From IMG/VR virus record IMGVR_UViG_3300022744_000004, positions 1 to 64,000 of that record: a DNA stretch of 64,000 bases. One strand, 5' to 3'. Positions 43,153 through 52,243 of the stretch are shown one piece after another. The notes under the pieces were generated by a model. The model ran no database searches. It worked only from the letters and a program-made list of their open reading frames with translations, and was not told the DNA's origin. A program made the position numbers and the translations under genes. Position 1 is the stretch's first letter; each line of letters opens with the position of its first letter. This DNA comes from an uncultured virus (IMG/VR IMGVR_UViG_3300022744_000004). Lineage: Duplodnaviria > Heunggongvirae > Uroviricota > Caudoviricetes.

Positions 43153-46090
43153 CGTGCTTCGTCTCCATAGTGATCTTCAGGCACAGCACGCGCATCGCAG
43201 GCCCACCGGTATGCGCCAGCAAGTCCTTACGCACGGGCGGCCCGACCGACACGCCGGGGATATTGCCCAGCTCGCGCTCGAAGTCCAGATAGCTGTAGCC
43301 GATGGCGGCGCAGTGGATTTTGAGCAGCTTGATTTCGATGTAGTAGTCGCTGTAGCCCGGCGCGATCTCGTACTCGATGCGCCCCCGCACGGCTGACTTG
43401 GTGCGGGTGGCTGGCTGCACAAGGTGCGACAGGTTGAACTTCTGGGCGGCGCTGCAGTCAATCATCACGAAGTTGCCGACGAACTCGCGGGTGTAGGCGT
43501 TCAGCACATCCAGCGCGTCAGACATATTGGACTTGATCACGGAGCGCATGTCCTTGACCAGCCCGTGCAGGAAATTGAAGATCGGCTTGACCGGCACGTT
43601 CAGGATGTTCGCGTATTTGGGGCCGAGCAGGATGGCCGCAGTGATGATGGACACGATGCCATATATCCAGAAGCGCTCGTTGTCATCCGCCTTAGTTTCT
43701 TCACGCCAGTTCTTCTCGACCCAGCGGAACACCTCTTCTGCGGTGTCCATATTCTTCTGCAACCACCGAATCCACTTGCGCCCGGCAATGCCGTAGTTGT
43801 CGTTGATCAGTTTGATTGTTTCGCTTTCCTCGGGCGTCCACTTGATCTTCCAGTTCGCTGGCAGCTTCCACTCGATTACCCGGCGGGCCTCGCCCAGCGA
43901 TGTGTGCTCCCGTGCCCCCATCATGGCTTCCAACTGCGGGTCGTTGGAGGAGATCATGCTGAAGGACTTCCATGTGCAGTTCTGCGTGATCTCGGCGTTG
44001 CCTGAGTTCGACCCCTTGACCTTGTGCGCTCCGTGGCCGAAGTCGTACACGAAGTTGGGTAGCCACTCGCCCTTGGACTTGCGGTTCTTGTCGGTCACTT
44101 CATCGACGTGCATGTGCAGGCTGTGCAGCATACCGGCCCGCTGCATCATGGTTGTCTCGGAGGTCTTGTTGCCGACCATCATGCCCTTGGGGTGGCCCCA
44201 CACCGAGTTCGCCATGAACGATGCCAGCGTCTTGCCAGCGCCCGACTCCTTGCCGCACAGGTGGAAGGTTATGGCGTCTGCGCCGTCCGGTGCGAAGCGC
44301 ATCAATGGTGAGGCAAACCCGATCAGGCCCGCCGACACATGGCCCCACATCAGCGGCGTGGTGGATGCCTTCTTGATCATCATCTCAAACACACGCCGCC
44401 AGTTCTCGAAGGTGCCGCGCGGCAGCGTGGCGTCGATCACGTTTTCAAGGCGCTCGGACTTGTAGGTGTAGTCGTGCGCTTCTCCCTTGGGGCTATACAC
44501 CGTGTCGCCCACGGCGAAGGAGTCGTCATACTGCCAGCCCAGATGGGGCGGCACATTGACGTGCTTGCCGGTGCTACTAGCTTCCGACACGCAGGCGCGG
44601 ACATACGCCGCCAGATATGAATCGCAACCAGCCCCGCCAACAGCGACCACGTTGTTCTTGGCGAGCACTTTGGTGATTTCCTTGGATGCGCCCATCGTGT
44701 CTGTCGGCACTCCAAAGGAGTAGAAGACGTTATTCTTCACAGCAACAAACTCTGCTGTGTACTGCGGGCCGTCACTGAACATACGCGTCATAAAGAAGTC
44801 GTAGTTCGTGAGCATGATAAGCGTGGGAGGTTCGTTGGGTTTGTCCGACTGTTTCTCGTAATAGAGGCCGCCGTTTTGTCCGAAAGAAAAGCCGCGTGGT
44901 GGCTTCGGACGGATATAGCTCTGTTGGGGTTCTGGCAACTCGGCATCAGTCTGGGGCGCATACTGGACGACTGTCTCTTCTTCCACCGTCTTGACCACAC
45001 GCCCCAGCGCCAATGGGTTTGTGATCTTGCCTTTGTGTGGGCAGCCATCGCAGCCGCCTTCGTTCTCGGACTCAATCGCCAAGCAGGAGTACGGCCCCTT
45101 GATGGCGTTGAGCTTGGTGTTCATCCGATCGTAGTCGTACGGGTGCAAGTCGCTCAGTATCTTGGATGCCTTGGCTGAGTCTTCGCAATACTTTGCTATG
45201 GACAACCATGCACGCCAGAACGGCTCCATGCCGTCATCACTGGCCCGGTCGATGTAGGCTGACAACTGCGGGCACCCGGTGCCCTGCGAGGTGCGCACCA
45301 TGATGTTCTTGAAGTACGTGACGTTGTTGCCTGCCATCGCCTTTGCGATTGGCGACATCTCGGTGCTGGGCCGCTTGCCGGGAATCATGACTGCTGTGCT
45401 TGTTTGCTTGGGCACTGGGGCGGCGTGCTCGCTCAGGCAGGCGGCGATGGCCTCCAGATCAAACACACCCCCACGCTGGCGCAGAACGACCTCCTTGGGG
45501 TCGCCATACTTCCAGTTGCTGGTGCCCGGCGTGCGCAGCACACGCGCGGCATCGGACGTGACCTTCTCATCAATCGGAAAGCCGAACGCCTTGGCAGCAC
45601 GCTTCAATGCCACCGCCACGGGCCGCCATGCCTCGATAGGCACGTCTTCGCGCAGGGGGAAGTACACATGCACGCCTCCGCCGGAGTCAACCAGCCACGG
45701 CATTCCTAGCGCATTGAGGTCGGTCTTTTGCAGGAACGCGTGCAACTGCTCCACAGCCGCCCGCTTGCTGGCAAACGACTTCTCCTTCCAGTGTGCTGGT
45801 ACGAGCGTGTCATTGACCATCTTCTCTTCGACCCACTCCTTGCCGCAGTCCAGATCGAGAAACAACGCCCGCATGTAGCGGGCGCTGGTGGCTTCTCTGG
45901 TGCCGCTATCGTCAAAGGTAGCGAGCGCGTGGAATACGTTGAGGCGCTGGGAGCTGAAGTTGAGCGCCGTTGCGTACAGATTGTCGATGTCGTCTACAAA
46001 TACCTGCTTGAAGGGCTTGCCGTTGCGCAGTGTGAATACGCAATACTTCCCTGTAGTCGGCAGCACCGCCGACAGAAAATCCAAAGCCAT
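43118..46090 (-). CDS. primase-helicase fusion (AEP/RepB-like primase + DUF927-type helicase)
   Basis: FLDLD, DSGGGVHVY, RVLRTPGT; Cys cluster; LGW; Walker A GKESGAGKT; Walker B HVDE. Confidence 0.88.
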   Translation of the reverse strand: MALDFLSAVLPTTGKYCVFTLRNGKPFKQVFVDDIDNLYATALNFSSQRLNVFHALATFDDSGTREATSARYMRALFLDLDCGKEWVEEKMVNDTLVPAHWKEKSFASKRAAVEQLHAFLQKTDLNALGMPWLVDSGGGVHVYFPLREDVPIEAWRPVAVALKRAAKAFGFPIDEKVTSDAARVLRTPGTSNWKYGDPKEVVLRQRGGVFDLEAIAACLSEHAAPVPKQTSTAVMIPGKRPSTEMSPIAKAMAGNNVTYFKNIMVRTSQGTGCPQLSAYIDRASDDGMEPFWRAWLSIAKYCEDSAKASKILSDLHPYDYDRMNTKLNAIKGPYSCLAIESENEGGCDGCPHKGKITNPLALGRVVKTVEEETVVQYAPQTDAELPEPQQSYIRPKPPRGFSFGQNGGLYYEKQSDKPNEPPTLIMLTNYDFFMTRMFSDGPQYTAEFVAVKNNVFYSFGVPTDTMGASKEITKVLAKNNVVAVGGAGCDSYLAAYVRACVSEASSTGKHVNVPPHLGWQYDDSFAVGDTVYSPKGEAHDYTYKSERLENVIDATLPRGTFENWRRVFEMMIKKASTTPLMWGHVSAGLIGFASPLMRFAPDGADAITFHLCGKESGAGKTLASFMANSVWGHPKGMMVGNKTSETTMMQRAGMLHSLHMHVDEVTDKNRKSKGEWLPNFVYDFGHGAHKVKGSNSGNAEITQNCTWKSFSMISSNDPQLEAMMGAREHTSLGEARRVIEWKLPANWKIKWTPEESETIKLINDNYGIAGRKWIRWLQKNMDTAEEVFRWVEKNWREETKADDNERFWIYGIVSIITAAILLGPKYANILNVPVKPIFNFLHGLVKDMRSVIKSNMSDALDVLNAYTREFVGNFVMIDCSAAQKFNLSHLVQPATRTKSAVRGRIEYEIAPGYSDYYIEIKLLKIHCAAIGYSYLDFERELGNIPGVSVGPPVRKDLLAHTGGPAMRVLCLKITMETKHVEPPDVAVAPV

Positions 46091-46102
46091 GTCATCCCCT
46101 AA

Positions 46103-46390
46103 CTAGATCAAAAGCAAGGGTGGAATATACGCCTTCGCGCCCTGCAATTCCACGATTTCTTCTTCTGTTCCTGTGCGCAACTTGTGGATAAGTGCCTGCA
46201 CATGAGCCTTATACGCCTTCGACACTTCGGCCCCGGCAAACCAGTTGTAAACCGTGGCGCGTGACGCGCCGGTAATAGTGGCGATCTGTTGGACAGACAG
46301 CCCTTTTGATACAGCGAGTTTGGCTAAGCGTGTCCCCTGTCCTTGGGAAGCCTGCTTAGCCAACCGCTTCGTTTTGAAGTGGTAACCCAT
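46103..46390 (-). CDS. Cro/XRE-like HTH protein
   Basis: LSVQQIATITGASRATVYNWF helix-turn-helix. Confidence 0.8.
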   Translation of the reverse strand: MGYHFKTKRLAKQASQGQGTRLAKLAVSKGLSVQQIATITGASRATVYNWFAGAEVSKAYKAHVQALIHKLRTGTEEEIVELQGAKAYIPPLLLI

Positions 46391-46391
46391 G

Positions 46392-46502
46392 TCATTTGTG
46401 TCCGCTGCGACCTACAGATTTACCGATGAAGTAGCCAATGGATAGACACCCAATGGCTACCACAAAGACACCCAACAGGAGAAGGATGTCAATGATAATC
46501 AT
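46392..46502 (-). CDS. small membrane protein (36 aa)
   Basis: Not in track; ATGA overlap; MIIIDILLLLGVFVVAIGCLSIGYFIGK... Confidence 0.6.
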   Translation of the reverse strand: MIIIDILLLLGVFVVAIGCLSIGYFIGKSVGRSGHK

Positions 46503-46909
46503 TTTGCAATCTTGGGGATAGGGAACGGCACTTTGCTGGTTTCTTGGCAGCGCCCGTCATCCCCGGCGTAGGACTTGGTTGCGAACTCCTGATCCGTCAG
46601 ACAGCCCACTGCACCGGACACCGTGCTGCACTTCAGCCCGAGCTTGTTGGCCGGGTTGTCCTTGCTGACCAGCTTCACGCTGGCCCAACCGTCGCCCTGC
46701 GGGCAGTCTGGTGTCATGCTGGAGTCAGTCTGCGCGACGATGGCAGTGTTGGCGTACTGCGGGTTTGCTGCACGATATCCTTGGGCGTTCCACTCAGCGT
46801 TGGCCTTGCCTTGGGTGCGTGCCGTCTCCAGCGTGTCAAAAGAAACTTCTTCCTTCTTGCAGGCGCTCAGTGCGGCGGCGGCGATGATGATTGCGATTGT
46901 GTATTTCAT
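46499..46909 (-). CDS. lipoprotein with four additional Cys
   Basis: MKYTIAIIIAAAALSAC lipobox. Confidence 0.8.
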   Translation of the reverse strand: MKYTIAIIIAAAALSACKKEEVSFDTLETARTQGKANAEWNAQGYRAANPQYANTAIVAQTDSSMTPDCPQGDGWASVKLVSKDNPANKLGLKCSTVSGAVGCLTDQEFATKSYAGDDGRCQETSKVPFPIPKIAK

Positions 46910-46918
46910 GTCAGTCCC

Positions 46919-47188
46919 TTAAAAAGTTGTTGGTTGTGCGATGCCGCGAATAACGGCCATGAAGCCTTGCTGCAGTTCTGTTGCGCCGATGCTGATCCAG
47001 CGCTGATCCAGCGTGGGTGTGCCGTCATTCAGTACGCACGGGCCTTCGACTTGCGACATAGGCATCTTGCGCAGCTTGGCGATGTACGCGCCGCACTGCT
47101 CTGCAAGCGCCTTGCCCTCGTTCATGAGGTCAATCTCAATCTGGGTGAGATCGCGGTAGCCTTTGATTTTCTGATGTTGGTTGTCCAT
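46919..47188 (-). CDS. acb2: anti-CBASS cyclic-nucleotide sponge Acb2 homolog
   Basis: MDNQHQKIKGYRDLTQIEIDLMN..K and RW..IG.T..Q.G.MA.IR.IAQP..F match the Acb2 pattern as I recall it; GGAG RBS before MDNQH. Confidence 0.88.
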   Translation of the reverse strand: MDNQHQKIKGYRDLTQIEIDLMNEGKALAEQCGAYIAKLRKMPMSQVEGPCVLNDGTPTLDQRWISIGATELQQGFMAVIRGIAQPTTF

Positions 47189-47301
47189 GTCATTCTCCAT
47201 TGGTTAAAAAGGTGGGTGGCCCCGGTCTATACGCGCTTTCCACGAGAGGCGCGTGGTGTACCAGCCCTGATCCTTTTACGGATTCGGGCCACCCGAAAAA
47301 A

Positions 47302-48297
47302 TTACTCGTCGTCCCACTCGGCCAAGGTCTTGGCAACGCCGTTGGCGGGCGCTGCGGCAGCGGCCTTCACAGGTGTAGCCTTGACTACCGGCTCAGCGGT
47401 TTCGCCTTCGTCATCCTCTGCGGGCAGCGGAGCGGGTTTGGCCTTGGCTGCCTTCTTCGCAGGTGCGGGTGCTGGGGCTTCGTCTTCCTCTTCCGGCTCG
47501 GGCGCAGGAGCGGCCTTGGTCTTAGCCTTGGGCGGTGCGCCCTCCATACCGAAGCCAGCGGGAGCCGCAGGCTGCACGCCGTCCTGCTGCGATACCGTCA
47601 TGGTGATCGCACTGATAGCTTCAGGCGAAGCGCCCTTCTCGCTGGTGGTGGCGAACTCGTCGTCGGTCAGCCAGCGCATGGGCTTGAAGAACAGCTTGGG
47701 CACCGGAGCCTTGGTGTCGAACTTCATGCGGGTGATCAGCATGGTGGGGTCAACGCCTTGGGCGATCAGGTTGCGGGCATAGTCCTGCAGCGGACGGTTC
47801 TCGCCATCGGCCTTGCCGAAGATCGAAGTGGCGGCCAGCGTGAGCTGCATCACATCACCTTCCATATCGTTTGCCAACACGACAGCCAAGCGCTGGCTGA
47901 AGCGGCAGGCACGCGAGTCGCCTTGACCGGAACCCTTCACGTTCTGCGGGCACTGAGCGCAGTTGGCGCACTGCGGTGCCTTGATGCTGGCATCGGGCTT
48001 GTCGCCGTCAGCAGACCAGCAGGTGGGTGCGGTTGCCTGACCTTCCACATAGGTGCCAACGTAATAAGTGCGCGACACCTTGGGTGCGGTGTTGACGATG
48101 ACCACATCCAGATAGCGGTCTTCGATGGATGCGACCTCCTTGCCATTGGCAATCAGACGGAACACGCCGCCCTTGATGGAGATGCGCTTACCGGATTGAC
48201 CGCCGCCACCAGCGAGGGCTTTGGCTGCGTCAGAGATAACGCCCTTACGTGCAAAGGCAGGGAGTTGTGCGGGGTTGAAAATAGCTACGTTGCTCAT
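47302..48297 (-). CDS. putative ssDNA-binding/replication protein
   Basis: RISIKGG.F; CWS.DG..P, CxxC, ACR motif; acidic C-terminus EWDDE. Confidence 0.65.
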   Translation of the reverse strand: MSNVAIFNPAQLPAFARKGVISDAAKALAGGGGQSGKRISIKGGVFRLIANGKEVASIEDRYLDVVIVNTAPKVSRTYYVGTYVEGQATAPTCWSADGDKPDASIKAPQCANCAQCPQNVKGSGQGDSRACRFSQRLAVVLANDMEGDVMQLTLAATSIFGKADGENRPLQDYARNLIAQGVDPTMLITRMKFDTKAPVPKLFFKPMRWLTDDEFATTSEKGASPEAISAITMTVSQQDGVQPAAPAGFGMEGAPPKAKTKAAPAPEPEEEDEAPAPAPAKKAAKAKPAPLPAEDDEGETAEPVVKATPVKAAAAAPANGVAKTLAEWDDE

Positions 48298-48311
48298 GAT
48301 TTCCTCTAGGG

Positions 48312-48779
48312 TTACTTACGGGGTTTGGTCACACTAACTTCAAGCTCGGACATGGTGTTCAGTCCGGGCGGTACGAGTCCGGGGTTCTTTTCCAAGAACT
48401 CGGACATATTGCGTTGCGCGATGCGCTTCTCCAGCAGGAAGCCTGCATCGTTATCGTGAATGAAACGGTACATCGCATCCCAATCCTGCGCATAGAAGCG
48501 CATGGTGGTCTTCAACGTAACCGTACCAAAGTTGGTCTTCATACCCGTGCCGCCAGCAGCACGAAGGATGTCCTTCATTGCGCCTGCGACTTCGGCTTGT
48601 TGACCTTTAAGGCGTGCATCTTCTGTCTCGAACAGGCGCGTCAGTTCAGCACGCTTGTCACGGATTTTGACGTACACCTTCGTCAGACGATCCATCGTCA
48701 CGCCAGTCTCCGCGATGTCAGCGACATCTTTGTAGACCGCGATCTGCTGGTCGGTTGTCAGTTCATCTTCATCTTTCAT
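48312..48779 (-). CDS. hypothetical replication-module coiled-coil protein
   Basis: YVKIRD...DWDAMY.FI...LLEKRI...PPGL pattern. Confidence 0.75.
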   Translation of the reverse strand: MKDEDELTTDQQIAVYKDVADIAETGVTMDRLTKVYVKIRDKRAELTRLFETEDARLKGQQAEVAGAMKDILRAAGGTGMKTNFGTVTLKTTMRFYAQDWDAMYRFIHDNDAGFLLEKRIAQRNMSEFLEKNPGLVPPGLNTMSELEVSVTKPRK

Positions 48780-48807
48780 ATGTCACTCCAATTTTTGTTG
48801 TGGTGTG

Positions 48808-48837
48808 ATTATACACACTTTGTCCAGTTCTTTACAA
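48808..48837 (-). promoter_or_regulatory. sigma70-like promoter, leftward
   Basis: Minus strand TTGTAA-18 bp-TATAAT with a TG-rich spacer end, in an AT-rich gap 28 bp upstream of the 48779 start. Confidence 0.65.
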
Positions 48838-48846
48838 ATTATTTTT

Positions 48847-50409
48847 TCATTTGTTGATCCCCAGTTCTTCGTCAAACATCTCGGTGAGAAGCGTATGGTC
48901 GTTGACGCGGGCGTCCATAGCTTTGAACATCTTCTTCTCGATGGGGCTGCTCTCGATGTGGATCACAGTCACCTTGTCAGAGGTCTGCCCCTTGCGGTCG
49001 GCACGGGCGATAGCTTGCGTGTACAACTCCACTGACATGAGCGGGCCGAAGAACACCACCGTGTCGGCAGCGGTCAGCGTGATACCGTGCGCCGTTGCCT
49101 GCGCCTGCATGACCATGACGTTGGGGCTGTCGGTGTTCTGAAACGCATTGATCAGCTCGCCGCGCTTGCTGGCCGTCACGCCACCGTGGATCACGCCCAC
49201 GTTATGCCCGGCCTTGGTCAGGTACTCTTCGATGGCGCTGATGCTGGAGCGGTACGTGGCGAAGATGATGACCTTGCGGTTTGTCTCCTCCAAGATTTCC
49301 GACAGCAGCTTCATGCGCGGGCTGGCATCGAACACTACCACTTCGCCATCTTCCGAGTACACGCCACCGCAACTGATCTGCAACAGCTTGTTCACGACAG
49401 CCGCCTTGTTCACGGCGCTGATCACTTGGCCTGCGGCCACCACCAGCATCTCGTTCTTGATCTTGTCGTAATACTTCTGCTGCATCGGTGTGAGCGGCAC
49501 TTCGCGTGTGGTCTTCAACACGGGCGGCAGATCGAGGCAGTCCTTCTTGGAGAAACGTATCGCCGGTTGCAGTGCGTTGAACACCAAGTCTTTGGCGTTG
49601 GGCTTGGGTGCCCACTTGAACATCGTGATCTTGTTCATCACCTTGTCGCGCCACGCTGTGAGGTAGTTCGGCACGGCGCTGGGGTTCACCAGCTTCGCCA
49701 GCCCATACGCATTTACCGGCGACTGTGCAGCCGGTGTGCCTGTCATCATCCACAGGAACGTATCGGGGCGAAGAATCTTCGCCAACGTCTTCCAACGCTT
49801 GGTGGTAGGCAGCGCGTAGGCGTTGGCCTCGTCCACGATGATGAGGTCGAAGCGACCGTCAGCAATGATGTCGTCGGCCACCAAGTTCAGCCCATCGTAG
49901 TTGATGATCACGAACTCGTAGTTGCCCCGCACCATCTCTGCACGGCGCGATGCCTGCGCATGGTGGGCCACGATGGCGCTGCGATGGATGATGCTGTTGT
50001 TGATGTCGCCCATCCATGCCGAGTGCATGATGGACAGTGGGCAGATGATGAGCACGCGCCGGATTTCGCCACGGTTCATCAGGTAGTCTGCCGCCCACAA
50101 AGAGCTAATCGTCTTTGCGGTGCCGGGGTCGTTGAACACGAATGCACGGCGGTGCATGGTGAGGAACCCAGCGGTTACCTTCTGGTGCGCCATCGGCTTG
50201 TACCGGCCCGGCCAGTTGTACTTGCGCTCAATGGGCGAGGGTATATCTTTGAAACCCAAGTTCTTCAAGACCCGTGCTTCGTCAAGACCCCAATACACCA
50301 TGACCTCATATCCACCTTGGACTGGGGTAACGTGGTGCTTGGGAATAATCTTGAACTTGCCGGGATCGCGCACGCGAAAACGCAGTGCGGTGTTATCCAC
50401 AACTTCCAT
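48847..50409 (-). CDS. SNF2-like helicase
   Basis: PGTAKT, IIVDEA, MTGTP, HGITLT, QAIARADR motifs. Confidence 0.9.
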   Translation of the reverse strand: MEVVDNTALRFRVRDPGKFKIIPKHHVTPVQGGYEVMVYWGLDEARVLKNLGFKDIPSPIERKYNWPGRYKPMAHQKVTAGFLTMHRRAFVFNDPGTAKTISSLWAADYLMNRGEIRRVLIICPLSIMHSAWMGDINNSIIHRSAIVAHHAQASRRAEMVRGNYEFVIINYDGLNLVADDIIADGRFDLIIVDEANAYALPTTKRWKTLAKILRPDTFLWMMTGTPAAQSPVNAYGLAKLVNPSAVPNYLTAWRDKVMNKITMFKWAPKPNAKDLVFNALQPAIRFSKKDCLDLPPVLKTTREVPLTPMQQKYYDKIKNEMLVVAAGQVISAVNKAAVVNKLLQISCGGVYSEDGEVVVFDASPRMKLLSEILEETNRKVIIFATYRSSISAIEEYLTKAGHNVGVIHGGVTASKRGELINAFQNTDSPNVMVMQAQATAHGITLTAADTVVFFGPLMSVELYTQAIARADRKGQTSDKVTVIHIESSPIEKKMFKAMDARVNDHTLLTEMFDEELGINK

Positions 50410-50480
50410 GATCTTCCTTAACAGTGATGTACCTCCAACGCTATGCAGATGGAGGCCGCTTGCCGCGACTACGGCTTACT

Positions 50481-50996
50481 TCATTCTACTGCTTTCGCAG
50501 TTCCGTGCAAGGGGTGGTATTCAAACTTAACTTCAGCAGCTTTTCTGGCAGCGACCGCTTCTTCGTATGTCTTAAATGTACCAAGCCAAACACGCTTCGC
50601 ATCATGGCTTATATATGCACGCCATGCGTACCCCCGATTGAAGACACCGGGGTGCCCAGTAGTATTGTTGTCGTTCATGCGCCTATTCCGCATGTTTACA
50701 CTACGCGTGGCAGTCCGTAGGTTGCTGAGTACGTTGTTGGTACTGCAACCGTCTATGTGATCTATCTCTTCGGGAATTTCATCGTGCACAAGCTGCCAGA
50801 TAAGACGGTGCGCGGAGTAGTTATGCCCTTTGTAGAACACAACAACGTACGGCTTCCCGTGCTTTACCGCAACGCAGCCTGCTTCGTGCCCCGCAAACCT
50901 GCGGTCAAAAGACGGAAGCCCTCTAGGTAGCCATACTAGCTGTCCAGACGTACTGTCATAGCGTAACAATGTGCGTAGTATTTCGGTAGGTATCAT
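50481..50996 (-). CDS. HNH endonuclease with AP2-like C-terminal domain
   Basis: AHRLIW...IDHIDG...NN..SNLR; TGHPGV...WRAYI...LGTF...EAVAAR; start trimmed to MIPTEI. Confidence 0.9.
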   Translation of the reverse strand: MIPTEILRTLLRYDSTSGQLVWLPRGLPSFDRRFAGHEAGCVAVKHGKPYVVVFYKGHNYSAHRLIWQLVHDEIPEEIDHIDGCSTNNVLSNLRTATRSVNMRNRRMNDNNTTGHPGVFNRGYAWRAYISHDAKRVWLGTFKTYEEAVAARKAAEVKFEYHPLHGTAKAVE

Positions 50997-50997
50997 G

Positions 50998-51270
50998 TTA
51001 CTTGTCCACTGGAACCTTGTAGCCCTTGACGCCTTTGCGCCAGTCCCGGTTGGCTTTTTCACTTTCAATTTTTGTATTCCCCGGTACTGTCTTGCCGCCG
51101 CTATCCAGCGCCTTGATGTGGGCGACATCCTTGCCATCGCCCTTGCGCACCTTGCCCGCCTTCATGGCCTGATAGCGAGCCTTGTTTGCTTCCTCCCGCG
51201 CTTCGATGCGCTCGGGACTCTTCTGGTACTTAGCCATGTAGGCAAGTTTTGCTGGCGATGACTTAGGCAT
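50998..51270 (-). CDS. small HNH-like protein
   Basis: GDGKDVAHIKAL..GG...N......NR. Confidence 0.7.
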   Translation of the reverse strand: MPKSSPAKLAYMAKYQKSPERIEAREEANKARYQAMKAGKVRKGDGKDVAHIKALDSGGKTVPGNTKIESEKANRDWRKGVKGYKVPVDK

Positions 51271-51935
51271 TAGACCCTCCGGCCGTTGTATTCACAGGCG
51301 ATGCACGGGCAGTGCTTGCGGCACAGTCCCGAGGACTTTGCGTTCCACACATTATGGTGGAGCGAGGCATCCAGTTTAGCAACTCTCTCGCGCCATTTCC
51401 ACCACAACGTGGCCTGCATGTCCTTGTTCACGCGGTACTTGCGCACGGTGTCGCGCAGCACGAACAGCAAACCGCCCGATACCTGCTTCACATTGGGGAA
51501 GTGCTCGAAGATGAGCAGCGACATCAACATGAGCTGGTCGGTGTCAGGGTACTTGTCGGAGCCGGACTTGTAATCGAACACGCGAGCGGTGTAGTTCTCC
51601 TCGTCCACGATCACCAAGTCGGCAATGCCGCGCACCCAGTAGTCAGGGTCTTTGAAGTCGCACACCGTGCGGTCTTCGCGCACAGCCATCTCCAGCTCGG
51701 GGTACTTCTTGCCCGGCATTGCCGCCAGCATGTCCAGCGTGGGCTGCAGGAACTTGAACTCATCCGTCAGCGGCGTGCCGTTCAGGATGAACTCTTCCGC
51801 AGCCGCGTGCAAGCGTGTGCCGTAGATGGTGGCGTCCGTCTCCTCACGCGGGTAGAGCTTGAGGATTTTGGTTTCGTAATACTGGCGCGGGCATGTCTCG
51901 TATGCCTTGATGCCAGAGTAGCTGTGTTGTGCCAT
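51270..51935 (-). CDS. PD-(D/E)XK nuclease, Cas4/RecB-like
   Basis: SYS...CPRQY, GT.LH, RGIADL, DYKSG, QL, terminal Cys cluster. Confidence 0.85.
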   Translation of the reverse strand: MAQHSYSGIKAYETCPRQYYETKILKLYPREETDATIYGTRLHAAAEEFILNGTPLTDEFKFLQPTLDMLAAMPGKKYPELEMAVREDRTVCDFKDPDYWVRGIADLVIVDEENYTARVFDYKSGSDKYPDTDQLMLMSLLIFEHFPNVKQVSGGLLFVLRDTVRKYRVNKDMQATLWWKWRERVAKLDASLHHNVWNAKSSGLCRKHCPCIACEYNGRRV

Positions 51936-51936
51936 G

Positions 51937-52242
51937 TCACTCCTTAAATTTTGCGGTGTCGATCATGTGCGTCAGTCGGCGGCTGAACGCTGTGACAAAC
52001 GCCTCGTCGTCCCAGAGCTTGTGCCCCATGTCGTACAGGATACAGTGAGTTACCTCATGCCAGAACGTCTCATTGGTACCCAGCACACCTGTCTCGCTGC
52101 GCGGCTTACCCTTCCATGTGGTCGAGATTTTCATCACGCCACTGTCGAGGTAGGTCACGCCGTAACGCTTTTTGCCTAAGTCTGGTTTGAGCTGCACAGT
52201 GTACAGCGTCGAACCGATTTTGATTTCACTTGGTATCTTCAT
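51937..52242 (-). CDS. small HExxH protein (putative metallopeptidase)
   Basis: TFWHEVTHCIL...E.FV; start trimmed to MKIPSE. Confidence 0.7.
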   Translation of the reverse strand: MKIPSEIKIGSTLYTVQLKPDLGKKRYGVTYLDSGVMKISTTWKGKPRSETGVLGTNETFWHEVTHCILYDMGHKLWDDEAFVTAFSRRLTHMIDTAKFKE

Positions 52243-52243
52243 G

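Noticed and set aside
51270..51935. Cas4-like nuclease as evidence of CRISPR-Cas
   Set aside because: Stand-alone PD-(D/E)XK nuclease in a replication module, common in phages.
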